A stretch of DNA of 39,054 nt from a virus: the IMG/VR virus record IMGVR_UViG_3300001263_000001. One strand, given 5' to 3'. Numbering within the stretch: the stretch's first letter is position 1; every line of letters starts with the position of its first letter. The translations under genes and the position numbers were made by a program. The notes under the pieces were generated by a model, which saw only the letters and a list, made by a program, of their open reading frames with translations, had not been told where the DNA came from and did not search any database. Positions 7,002-15,962 of this stretch are shown piece by piece.

Positions 7002-7019
7002 TACTTAAATATTTAAGTA
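7002..7019. promoter_or_regulatory. perfect 18-bp palindrome in the divergent region between the antisense cassette and the late operon
   Basis: TACTTAAAT|ATTTAAGTA. Confidence 0.4.
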
Positions 7020-7121
7020 ACGTCAACATCGAATATCAAAAAAAATAATATAATTTTACTTTAATAAATAAAATGCTATTATTTATATAAATTATCTATC
7101 TTAAAAAAAATGGAATGAATT

Positions 7122-7604
7122 ATGGAAGTTTTAGGAGTTACAAAAACATCAAGAGATACAGCCATTGTGAAGTTGTCCGAAAGATACAGAAGCATTTTTC
7201 CAGTGCCAAGCTTAATCGAACTCAATAGCATATTCCCTGAGCACCTTATGGGGATGTATAGACATGCAAAGCAAGAGAACAAATTCTCTCTTTCCCAAAC
7301 ACATCCAAATTTTGCAGCAGACATGCAGGAAATAAATGCGCAGCTGGATGCAGACCAAGCAGAAGCAGAACAAATATATCTAAGAACGAAAGAAGAAGCA
7401 CGTCAAAGACACGCCGCCGCCGCAAAGCAAAAAATCGAATCAATACTGCCTAAAACAAGCGACCATTTTGAGCCAAAAATTATTAAGTTTGTCCCTGCGG
7501 ACGATAGTGAAAATAAATATGGATCTGTAGAAATTGATTATAATACGATCCTATTCGATGCAAGACCAACAGCAACAGAAGAGGAAGAAGAGAGGGAAAT
7601 TTAA
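7122..7604 (+). CDS. hypothetical acidic protein preceding terminase
   Basis: ORF ends in a TAATG overlap with TerS. Start uncertain because internal Met codons exist. Confidence 0.5.
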   Translation: MEVLGVTKTSRDTAIVKLSERYRSIFPVPSLIELNSIFPEHLMGMYRHAKQENKFSLSQTHPNFAADMQEINAQLDADQAEAEQIYLRTKEEARQRHAAAAKQKIESILPKTSDHFEPKIIKFVPADDSENKYGSVEIDYNTILFDARPTATEEEEEREI

Positions 7605-8014
7605 TGACTAAGCTTACGGCTAAGCAAGATTTATTTTGCCGTGAATTTATTATTGATTTGAACGCAACGCAAGCAGCAGTAAGGGCAGGATATAGTGAGA
7701 GAACTGCCCGAATTACTGCAAGCAGACTGCTATCAAATGTTAACATTGCGAGTCGTATCAATGAGTTAAAGGAAAAAAGAGAGAAAAAAGTAGGAATTGA
7801 TGCGCAATGGGTTTTAGAACGTGCAGTAGAATTGCATAATATTTGCGTTAAAGAAAAAGAGTATAATGCTGCAAATAAATCACTGGAAATTGTAGGGAAG
7901 CACATCAGCGTGAATGCATTTGATAATAAGGTGACACTTGCAGGAGATCCAAATAAACCACTTATAACTCGTGTGGAGCGTGTCATTGTCGACCCTAAAA
8001 ATTCAGACTCCTAG
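7604..8014 (+). CDS. terS: terminase small subunit
   Basis: LTAKQDLFCREFIIDLNATQAAVRAGYSERTARITASRLLSNVNI is the Terminase_2-type signature. Confidence 0.9.
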   Translation: MTKLTAKQDLFCREFIIDLNATQAAVRAGYSERTARITASRLLSNVNIASRINELKEKREKKVGIDAQWVLERAVELHNICVKEKEYNAANKSLEIVGKHISVNAFDNKVTLAGDPNKPLITRVERVIVDPKNSDS

Positions 8015-9212
8015 ATGGTTTATTCCATTTCTTGACCATTATACCTTTAAAGGTATTTATGGAGGGCGTGGCTCTGGTAAATCGCACGCCGTTGCAGAAT
8101 ATATAATAGACAAATGCCTTGAAAAAAAAACAGATGTGGTATGTTTGCGAGAAGTGCAGAAATCTCTTAATTATTCCGTAAAGAAGCTTTTAGAGAGTAA
8201 GATTGAAAAGTTTGGGGTTCAAGATTATTTTGACATTCAATACGATAAAATAAAATGCAAAAATGGCGGCGTTATTATTTTTAATGGTCTTGCCAGTCAT
8301 TCAGCCGATTCGATAAAATCTTTAGAAGGGTTTGATATATTCTGGTTTGAAGAAGCGCAAAGTTGTTCTCAGAGATCTATGGAACTTTTATTGCCTACAT
8401 TGCGCAAAGATGATGGCGAGATTATTTTCACATGGAACCCTCATTTAGATACCGACCCTGTTGATGTTTTATTTAGACCGCAGGATGGAAAGGGATTGCC
8501 AAATTCTATTGTTTCTCGTGTAAATTATACAGATAACCCGTGGTTTCCTGATATTCTAAAAGACCAAATGGAATATATGCGTGGGCGTGATCCTGATAAG
8601 TATGCTCACATATGGCTTGGCGAGTACATGAAAAACAGTGAAGCCAGAATATTTAAAAATTGGACTATAGACGAATTTGAAGCACCGCCCGATGCAGTGC
8701 ATAGATTAGGGGCGGATTGGGGCTTTTCTATTGATCCAACTGTCCTGGTGCGTTGTCACATTATAGGGCGAAAGTTATATATCGATTATGAGGCATACCG
8801 CATAGGGTGTGAGATCACTGATACGCCTGATTTATTCATGGAGATCCCCGATGCTGAAAAATGGCCTATGACCGCAGACAGCGCACGCCCTGAAACAATA
8901 AGTCATTTGCGTAAAAATGGTTTCCCTAAAATAAGTTCAGCGGTTAAGGGGAAGAAGTCTGTTGAAGAGGGGATTGCATGGCTTCAATCTTTTGATATCG
9001 TTGTGCATCCAAGGTGTAAAAATACAATTGATGAGCTTATGGCGTATTCTTATAAAGTGGACGATATGACTGGCAAGGTGCTGCCTATTATTCAAGACAA
9101 AGATAACCATGTCATGGATGCGCTGCGATATGCGTGTGAAGGTGTGCGCCGTGCTGCAAACGTAAAAAAGAAACCCAAAATTGTGCCCTTGCCAAATGTT
9201 AATAAATGGTAG
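7971..9212 (+). CDS. terL: terminase large subunit (PBSX/Terminase_3-like)
   Basis: Walker A in IYGGRGSGKSHAVAEYII. WFEEAQ is a Walker B-like motif. The C-terminal nuclease part includes DWGFSIDPT and DNHVMDALRYA. GTG start at 7971 overlaps terS; the exact start is uncertain. Confidence 0.95.
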   Translation: MWSVSLSTLKIQTPRWFIPFLDHYTFKGIYGGRGSGKSHAVAEYIIDKCLEKKTDVVCLREVQKSLNYSVKKLLESKIEKFGVQDYFDIQYDKIKCKNGGVIIFNGLASHSADSIKSLEGFDIFWFEEAQSCSQRSMELLLPTLRKDDGEIIFTWNPHLDTDPVDVLFRPQDGKGLPNSIVSRVNYTDNPWFPDILKDQMEYMRGRDPDKYAHIWLGEYMKNSEARIFKNWTIDEFEAPPDAVHRLGADWGFSIDPTVLVRCHIIGRKLYIDYEAYRIGCEITDTPDLFMEIPDAEKWPMTADSARPETISHLRKNGFPKISSAVKGKKSVEEGIAWLQSFDIVVHPRCKNTIDELMAYSYKVDDMTGKVLPIIQDKDNHVMDALRYACEGVRRAANVKKKPKIVPLPNVNKW

Positions 9213-9247
9213 TATAATGTTATTTATGATAAATATAGTTGGATAAT

Positions 9248-11254
9248 ATGTCAAAAGATCGTGCAAATATACATGATAAAGCGGTGCGGGATTTTGACCG
9301 AATACAGGCGGCTATGCAAGATGAGCGTCAGCAATGCTTAGAGGATCGCAGATTTTACTCTATTTCAGGTGCGCAGTGGGAGGGTGACTTAGGGGATCAG
9401 TTCGAGAATAGACCCAAGTTCGAAGTCAATAAAATTCATTTATCAGTCATAAGAATTATTAATGAATATTTAACCAATCGCATCACAGTAGATTATGTGT
9501 CAAAAGATGGTGACAAAGATGATTTGTCGGGCGTGTGCGATGGGCTCTATCGAGCGGATGAGCAAGATAGCAATTCAAATGAGGCTTATGATAACGCATT
9601 TGAGGAGGCTGTGGGCGGTGGGTTTGGTGCGTACAGGTTTACAGCATTAGAAGAAAATGAAGAAGATGAAGAAGACGAAAGGCAGCGAATATCAATAGAG
9701 CCAATATATGATGCCGATTCTTGTGTGTTCTTTGATTTAGCCGCAAAAAGGCAAGATAAGAGAGATGCAAAATATTGTTTTGTGATTTCTTCTATGACGC
9801 GTCAAGATTTCGAAGAAGAATATCCTGAAGCGTCTCCAGTAAGTGTCTCAAAGGCTGTAGATGATAGCGTCTTTGATTGGGGCACAGATGATGTTGTTTT
9901 TATTGCTGAATATTATGTTGTTGAAATGCAAAAAGAAACAATCCACATTTATAAAGATTTAAGTGGATCAGAGCTCAGATACACAGAAAAAGAACTTGAA
10001 AAAGAACTTGAAACACTGCAGGCAACAAATGCATCATTTGTCAGAAGTAAGAAGGTAAATCGCAAGAAAGTGCGTAAGTATATTTTAAATGGAATGGAGA
10101 TCTTAGAGGACTGCGGTTACATTGCAGGCAAGCACATTCCTATAGTACCTGTCTATGGGAAAAGATGGTATATTGATAATGTAGAGCGTTGCATGGGACA
10201 TGTGAGGCTGTCTAAAGGTGCGCAACGTTTGAAGAACATGCAACTCTCAAAGCTTGCAGAAATTAGTGCATTGTCGTCTGTTGAAAAACCTATTTTTACG
10301 CCTGAGCAAATTGCAGGTCACCAAAATATGTGGTCTGAAGACAATATAAAAAATTATCCGTATATGCTAATCAATCCAATGACTGATTCAGACGGGAATG
10401 AAGTTCCTGCTGGCGTTCTTGGTTATACGAAACCCCCACAAATACCGCCTGCAATGGCTGCGTTACTTCAAGTCACAGAACAAGACATGCAAGATATGCT
10501 TGGCAAGCAAGAAGCAGGAGAGGAATTAAATTCCAATGTTTCTGGCAATGCTATAGAGCTTGTGCAAAATCGTTTAGATATGCAGTCGTATATTTACATG
10601 GATAATATGGCAAAAGCGATCAAACGTGGTGGCGAAATATGGCTATCAATGGCAAAAGAACTCTATGTGGAGAGTGGCAGAAAGATGAAGACTGTCGATC
10701 ATCAAGGCAAAACTTCACCTGTTATTCTTGCTCAATTGGATCAAGATGAAGAAACGGGCGACATTGTTTACAGAAATGATTTAACAAAAGCGAACTTTAA
10801 TGTTTCCGTTAATGTCGGTCCGTCCTCAACAAGCAGAAAGCAAGCAACAATAAGATCTCTTATGGCTATGATGCAGATCACAACAGACCCACAAACCATG
10901 CAAGTTCTGGGCGGTATGGCTATGATGAACATGGAGGGTGAGGGCATCGAAGATGTGCGTGATTATTTCCGTGAAAAAATGCTTAATCTTGGCGTTGTGA
11001 AGCCAACCAAAGAAGAAGCGCAACAAATGCAAGAGGCTATGCAGAATAAAAAGCCTGACGCAAATGAGGAATTATTGAAATCCGCTGCTGCAAAAGAGCA
11101 AGCTCTGGCGCAAAAGGCGAGTGCTGACACTCAATTAAGTACTGAGAAGGCAGCAGAAACGAGAGCCAAAACAGCTGAGATCTATGCTGGCATAGATCAG
11201 GCTGATAGAAATTTTGGCTTAGAATTATCAAAGGCAACCGCACAGCCTAATTAA
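9248..11254 (+). CDS. portal protein (P22-type, with a C-terminal helical barrel)
   Basis: Size and position directly after TerL. The Ala/Gln/Glu-rich C-terminal helix (EEAQQMQEAMQNKK...AAKEQALAQKASAD) resembles the P22 portal barrel. First ATG at 9248 (the ORF track starts at TTG 9239). Confidence 0.9.
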   Translation: MSKDRANIHDKAVRDFDRIQAAMQDERQQCLEDRRFYSISGAQWEGDLGDQFENRPKFEVNKIHLSVIRIINEYLTNRITVDYVSKDGDKDDLSGVCDGLYRADEQDSNSNEAYDNAFEEAVGGGFGAYRFTALEENEEDEEDERQRISIEPIYDADSCVFFDLAAKRQDKRDAKYCFVISSMTRQDFEEEYPEASPVSVSKAVDDSVFDWGTDDVVFIAEYYVVEMQKETIHIYKDLSGSELRYTEKELEKELETLQATNASFVRSKKVNRKKVRKYILNGMEILEDCGYIAGKHIPIVPVYGKRWYIDNVERCMGHVRLSKGAQRLKNMQLSKLAEISALSSVEKPIFTPEQIAGHQNMWSEDNIKNYPYMLINPMTDSDGNEVPAGVLGYTKPPQIPPAMAALLQVTEQDMQDMLGKQEAGEELNSNVSGNAIELVQNRLDMQSYIYMDNMAKAIKRGGEIWLSMAKELYVESGRKMKTVDHQGKTSPVILAQLDQDEETGDIVYRNDLTKANFNVSVNVGPSSTSRKQATIRSLMAMMQITTDPQTMQVLGGMAMMNMEGEGIEDVRDYFREKMLNLGVVKPTKEEAQQMQEAMQNKKPDANEELLKSAAAKEQALAQKASADTQLSTEKAAETRAKTAEIYAGIDQADRNFGLELSKATAQPN

Positions 11255-11276
11255 TGAGCGAGTAGAAGGCAACTAA

Positions 11277-12122
11277 ATGACTGATAACGAAACGGTAGAA
11301 AAACCAGAAGAACAAGAACAGCAGATTGAGAATAATCCTGAAGATCAAATTGAGGAAACTCAAGGCGATAGTCATGATGACGAGCAAGAAGAAGTTGTTG
11401 TATCTTTTGGTGAGGATTCACCACCTCAAGAAGATAGCACTCCAACGCCTGACTGGGTGAAGGAGGTTAGAAAAGAAAATAGGGAGAAGGCAAAGCGCAT
11501 CAAGGAACTTGAGGCAAAGATTGCAGAAAAAAAGGAAGCGGAAGCACCTCAAAAGTTGCGAGATAAGCCAAAATTAGCAGATCATGAATATGATGATGCT
11601 GTTTATGAGAGTGATCTTGAGAAATGGTATCAGGAAAAAGCCGTTTATGAAAAGAAATCTGCAGAAGTTGAAAAACAAAAGCAGACAGAACTTCAAAAAT
11701 GGCAACAGAAGCAAGAAGCATATCGAGAAAAGAAATCAAAAGTTCCTTTTCGAGATTATGACGAGGTTGAAGATGATGTGAAAAGCACACTGTCCGACAC
11801 GCAGCAGGCAATGCTTGTGAAGCTTGCAGACGATCCTACCACTATTGTTTATGCGCTTGGTAAAAATTCTGAAAAGCTTAAAGAGCTATCTTTGATTAAC
11901 GACCATGCCGAATTTATTTATAAACTTGCTAAATTAGAGGGGCAGTTAAAAGTGACCACAAGGAAACCTAAAACCGCACCTGAGAAGCTTGTCAAGTCAT
12001 CGGGTGGCGCATCGTTTTCAGTAGATAAGACGCTTGAAAAATTAGAGCAAGAAGCCGATAAAACTGGAGATCGTTCTCAAATTTTGGCTTATAAAAGAAA
12101 ACTTAAAAGAGAGAAAGGTTAG
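11277..12122 (+). CDS. scaffolding protein
   Basis: Highly charged, coiled-coil-like. Lies between portal and coat, as P22 gp8 does. Confidence 0.7.
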   Translation: MTDNETVEKPEEQEQQIENNPEDQIEETQGDSHDDEQEEVVVSFGEDSPPQEDSTPTPDWVKEVRKENREKAKRIKELEAKIAEKKEAEAPQKLRDKPKLADHEYDDAVYESDLEKWYQEKAVYEKKSAEVEKQKQTELQKWQQKQEAYREKKSKVPFRDYDEVEDDVKSTLSDTQQAMLVKLADDPTTIVYALGKNSEKLKELSLINDHAEFIYKLAKLEGQLKVTTRKPKTAPEKLVKSSGGASFSVDKTLEKLEQEADKTGDRSQILAYKRKLKREKG

Positions 12123-12124
12123 AT

Positions 12125-13270
12125 ATGTCTAACGCATTTTCAAAAGAAGAAAAAGTAGCTTTTGATGAAATCTTAGAGGGGTTTCACGATCAGCTAGTTT
12201 TGTCCAGTTTGGTTAATAAATTTAACACTGGCATGACAGATATGGAGCGTTCTTCTGATACAATTTGGAGACCGCAACCATATATTGCACAGTCCTACGA
12301 TGGATCTGACGCAACGAGTAACTTTAATGATAGCACACAGCTTTCAGTTCCTGCGACTATTGGTTATCAAAAACACTCGACTGCTTTGCTTACAGCCAAA
12401 CAATTACGTGACATGCTGCAAGAAAAAAGATTGGGTCAAGCTGCTGCGCAAAAATTAGCTTCTGATATTAATAAATCCGTGACGGATGTTATTTCTAATC
12501 AAGGCACTGTTGTCGTGGCACGCTCCGCTGCTGCATCTGGTTTTGATGACGTTTCTGAGTGTGACGCAACATTAAACGAGTTGGGAGTGGATTATGCCAA
12601 TCGTTGTCTTGGTCTTTCAAGTCGTGATTATAATGGCATGGCAAGCAACCTTGCTGCACGTCAAACAATCAATGAAATGCCAACCGCAGCATATCGCCGT
12701 GCATATGTCGGAGAGGTTTCAGGCTTCGAGACATATAAAATGGACTATGCTAATCGTTTAACTGCTGCTGCTGGTACAACTGTTACTATTAACGGTGCAA
12801 ATCAGTATTACACGCCAAGGGCTACAAGCACAGCTTCTGGCCCTGGTGAAGTCTCGAATGTGGATATTAGAATTATTGAAGTCCTTACAGGAAGCGGTGG
12901 CTCGGGAACTGTTAAAATTTCCCCTCCTATTATTTCAGGTGGCGGAAGCACAGACGCAGAAGAGCAATATAAAAATGTTTCTGCTACGCCTGCGGATGGT
13001 GCAGCGATTACATTTTTGAATATTGCTACTGCTTCAGTCAATCCGTTTTGGACTAAAGACAGCATAGAATTGCTTCCTGCAAGTTTGGGAATGCATGATA
13101 AATCTTCAGATCAGATTATTCGTGCAAGAACAGATCAAGGAATTGAAGTTGTTATGCAGCGTGACTTTGATATTAATACACAACAAACTAAATATCGTTG
13201 GGATGTTTTGTATGGTGTTGTTAATTTGCAGCCTCAGATGTCTGGTTTGATGCTTTTTTCCCAAACATAA
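12125..13270 (+). CDS. major capsid (coat) protein, P22 gp5 family
   Basis: AFDEILEGF, MERSSDTIWRPQ and FWTKDSIELL parallel P22 coat AVDEIIETI, MQRSSNTIWMPV and FWADDAIRIV (recollection). Confidence 0.9.
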   Translation: MSNAFSKEEKVAFDEILEGFHDQLVLSSLVNKFNTGMTDMERSSDTIWRPQPYIAQSYDGSDATSNFNDSTQLSVPATIGYQKHSTALLTAKQLRDMLQEKRLGQAAAQKLASDINKSVTDVISNQGTVVVARSAAASGFDDVSECDATLNELGVDYANRCLGLSSRDYNGMASNLAARQTINEMPTAAYRRAYVGEVSGFETYKMDYANRLTAAAGTTVTINGANQYYTPRATSTASGPGEVSNVDIRIIEVLTGSGGSGTVKISPPIISGGGSTDAEEQYKNVSATPADGAAITFLNIATASVNPFWTKDSIELLPASLGMHDKSSDQIIRARTDQGIEVVMQRDFDINTQQTKYRWDVLYGVVNLQPQMSGLMLFSQT

Positions 13271-13281
13271 CTTTTAAGTAG

Positions 13282-13306
13282 GGGGTATTCGTACCCTTTA
13301 TTTTGA
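13282..13306 (+). terminator. hairpin with a UUCG loop and a T-rich tail after the coat gene
   Basis: GGGTA-TTCG-TACCC followed by TTTATTTT. Confidence 0.5.
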
Positions 13307-13325
13307 AATTATGAAAGGTTTTGAA

Positions 13326-13604
13326 ATGACAGTAATGCTTTATAAACCAAACGGTTCACATAAAATTCATGGCGGCATGTTTGATTATATTATCGTTGAT
13401 GATAGTGAAGTTGACACTGCCCTATCTGACGGATGGTTTAGAACAACAACAGAAGCAAAAGAAAGCGTTGAAGGTGACGTTTCTGACGCACCACCAAGCC
13501 GCAAAGAATTAGAGCAGAAGGCAAATCAATTAAAAATTAACTTTGCGCCGAATATAAGCGATAATAAGCTTTTTGAGCGTATCAATAAAGCCTTACAGAG
13601 GTAA
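13326..13604 (+). CDS. hypothetical protein with a C-terminal HeH/SAP-like motif
   Basis: ORF track 13311..13604. AAAGG lies 8 nt before ATG 13326. The C-terminus is SRKELEQKANQLKINFAPNISDNKLFERI. Confidence 0.6.
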   Translation: MTVMLYKPNGSHKIHGGMFDYIIVDDSEVDTALSDGWFRTTTEAKESVEGDVSDAPPSRKELEQKANQLKINFAPNISDNKLFERINKALQR

Positions 13605-13605
13605 T

Positions 13606-14091
13606 ATGGGTTATACTAAAAGACAATTTATTGACATGGCTTTGGAGGAAATTGGTGTTGCTTCTTATGAATTTGATATTTCCCCTGAGGAACTTCAAAG
13701 CGCATTAAAAAAACTTGATGCTATGATGGCAACATGGAACGCCAGGGGGATAAGGTGTGGTTATCCAATCCCCTCCAGTCCTGAAAATTCTACTTTAACA
13801 GAAGAAACAAACGTTATTGACGCTGCGAATGAGGCGATATATCTAAATTTGGCGGTACGTATTGCGCCTTCTTTTGGTAAAATGGCGATGCGTGACACAA
13901 AAACGAACGCAAAGGCAAGCTATAAGTCTTTAATGAATGTATGTTCTGAAACGCAAGAAATGCAATTCCCCAGAACTTTGCCAAGAGGGCAGGGAAATAA
14001 AAACTTTGGAAACCGAAATTTTAATAAATTTTTTGTTGAAACTGACCCTATTACAGTTGGGCGTGACGCAATACTAAATCTAAAAGGATGA
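13606..14091 (+). CDS. head-to-tail adaptor, P22 gp4-like
   Basis: FIDMALEEIGVASYEFDISPEELQSALKKLDAMMATWNARGI parallels P22 gp4 [39 protein letters not shown] (recollection). ATG 13606 follows AGAGGTAAT. Confidence 0.85.
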   Translation: MGYTKRQFIDMALEEIGVASYEFDISPEELQSALKKLDAMMATWNARGIRCGYPIPSSPENSTLTEETNVIDAANEAIYLNLAVRIAPSFGKMAMRDTKTNAKASYKSLMNVCSETQEMQFPRTLPRGQGNKNFGNRNFNKFFVETDPITVGRDAILNLKG

Positions 14092-14094
14092 TAA

Positions 14095-14559
14095 ATGACA
14101 GACATTAATAGGCTGACAGCTGTTGACAGTTTAAGTGGTGGCGATAATTTCCCTTTGTATGACCAGTCTAACGGTGATGCGAGAAGAACTTCACTTACAA
14201 CCTTGACCTCTTACCTCCAAAATGAATTATCATTTGGTGCGTTTATTCCGCAGCTTACCACACAATATTTTGCACCAAGTGCAACAGGATTTACGGCAAC
14301 AATCACGGATGGACCTGATAGTGTACATTTGATTTTAACGCCTGTCGGAGATTATGCCACTGGTGCAATTGTTTTACCGCCTGCTTTGAGTGCAAAAGAT
14401 AAGCAGATAATTCTTGTGAATTGCACAAGATCTATTACGGCGTTGACTATTACGAGCGTGGGCGGCACTGTGACAGGTGCGCCAACCACAATCAGCGCAC
14501 AAGGTTATTTTAGGTTAAAATATGATGCTGTAACTTCTACATGGTATAGAGCTGGCTAA
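14095..14559 (+). CDS. hypothetical virion protein (inserted between the gp4-like and gp10-like genes)
   Basis: RBS AAAGGATGATAA. The N-terminal motif LTAVDSLSGGDNFPLYDQSNGDARRTSLTTLTSYL resembles tail-fibre N-termini. Confidence 0.6.
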   Translation: MTDINRLTAVDSLSGGDNFPLYDQSNGDARRTSLTTLTSYLQNELSFGAFIPQLTTQYFAPSATGFTATITDGPDSVHLILTPVGDYATGAIVLPPALSAKDKQIILVNCTRSITALTITSVGGTVTGAPTTISAQGYFRLKYDAVTSTWYRAG

Positions 14560-15962
14560 TGCAAATACCTATTTTGAGTGGCATATATACAGATAATAAA
14601 GCAGATTACAGGACTTCTTATCCAAGAAACATGGTGCCAGTTCCAAAAGAGCAAGGCATATCACAAGGATATTTAAAGCCTTCAGAGGGCATAAAAACCT
14701 TTATCGAGACGGATGGAATTGATCGTGGTGGCATAGTATGGAATGATCTGATGTATAGGGTCATGGGAAGTAATTTATATATTATTTTTAAAGATGGAAC
14801 GTCACAGTTAATAGGAAATGTTGAAAATGATGAAAAGCCTGTAAGATTTGATTATTCATTTGATATTCTTGCCATTTGCTCCAATCAATCTGTTTACCAC
14901 TATGACGGGGTTTCTTTGACAAAAGTCACAGATCCTGACTTAGGAGATGCAAATGATCTTTTGTGGGTTGACGGTTATTTTATGACCACTGACGGAGATA
15001 ATCTTGTTGTATCTGATTTAAATGACCCCACTTCTATAAATCCTTTAAAATATGGTTCCTCTGAAATAGATCCTGACCCTGTCGTTGCAATAAGAAAAGT
15101 GCAAGGTGAAGTATATGCAATAAATAGACACACTATAGAGGTCTTTAATAATATCGGGGGTGCTTTATTTCCTTTTCAGCGTGTCGAGGGGGGCGTCATC
15201 TCTCGTGGCGCAATAGGTCGTGACGCTGTTGTTGTTTATGACGATGCACTGGCATTTGTTGGCGGTGGTCGCAATGAAAGCATAGCCGTATGGGTTGGCA
15301 TAAATGGAAGCTCTCAAAAGGTAAGCACAAGGGAGATAGAACAAGAACTTCAATCCTACACAGAAGACGAATTAAAGTCTATAATCCTAGAAACAAGACG
15401 CTCTGAGGGGCACTTTTTTTTATACATTCACCTGCCTGATAAGACATTTGTTTTTGATGCAGCAGCAACAAACGTTTTAAATAAGCCAGTGTGGTTTGTT
15501 TTGACCTCGGGCGTTGCAGAAAAAGGAAAATATAATGCAAGATTTATGCTATACGCTTATGGCAATTATTATTGTGGGCACCCTTCTAAAAATTATATAG
15601 GCAAAATGACCAATGAGACACAAGAGCAATATGGGGAAAAAGTGACCTGGTCTTTTGGGACGCAAATGATTTATAATGAGGGAAAAGGTGCAATCGTCAA
15701 TAGTCTTGAACTTGTCGCACTATCTGGCAGATCGGTTCTTTCTGATAATCCTCAAATTTCCACGCAATATTCTCTTGATGGAATTACCTATTCACAGCCT
15801 AAATATATAAGCTCTGGTAAGATTGGACAACGCTTAAAGCGGCTTGTTTGGCGCAGGCAAGGCAAAATGAATAATGTTCGCACTCAAATTTTTTCAGGTG
15901 ACAGTGACAGTTTTTTAAGTTTCTCTAGGCTAGAGGCGAATTTGGAGCCTTTAGCATGGTGA
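14559..15962 (+). CDS. tail hub / packaged-DNA stabilisation protein, P22 gp10-like
   Basis: REIEQELQSYTEDELKSIILETRRSEGHFFLYIHLPDKTFVFDAAAT parallels P22 gp10 ASIEKIIRSYTAEEMATGVMETLRFDSHELLIIHLPRHVLVYDASSS (recollection). Similar length (467 vs about 472 aa). Confidence 0.85.
   Translation: MQIPILSGIYTDNKADYRTSYPRNMVPVPKEQGISQGYLKPSEGIKTFIETDGIDRGGIVWNDLMYRVMGSNLYIIFKDGTSQLIGNVENDEKPVRFDYSFDILAICSNQSVYHYDGVSLTKVTDPDLGDANDLLWVDGYFMTTDGDNLVVSDLNDPTSINPLKYGSSEIDPDPVVAIRKVQGEVYAINRHTIEVFNNIGGALFPFQRVEGGVISRGAIGRDAVVVYDDALAFVGGGRNESIAVWVGINGSSQKVSTREIEQELQSYTEDELKSIILETRRSEGHFFLYIHLPDKTFVFDAAATNVLNKPVWFVLTSGVAEKGKYNARFMLYAYGNYYCGHPSKNYIGKMTNETQEQYGEKVTWSFGTQMIYNEGKGAIVNSLELVALSGRSVLSDNPQISTQYSLDGITYSQPKYISSGKIGQRLKRLVWRRQGKMNNVRTQIFSGDSDSFLSFSRLEANLEPLAW

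Noticed and set aside
7020-7121. A late promoter call upstream of 7122 (for example TTAATA-17-TATATA).
   Set aside because: The region is almost pure A/T, so several equally good hexamer pairs exist and none can be preferred from sequence alone.
7483-7986. Long antisense ORFs inside strong genes: 7483..7986(-), 16573..16998(-), 23870..24349(-), 26579..26935(-), 37410..37817(+) and 12808..13065(-).
   Set aside because: Each is fully embedded opposite a gene with clear homology-type motifs (TerS, tail protein, tailspike, endolysin, exonuclease, coat). None has an RBS or a recognisable motif.
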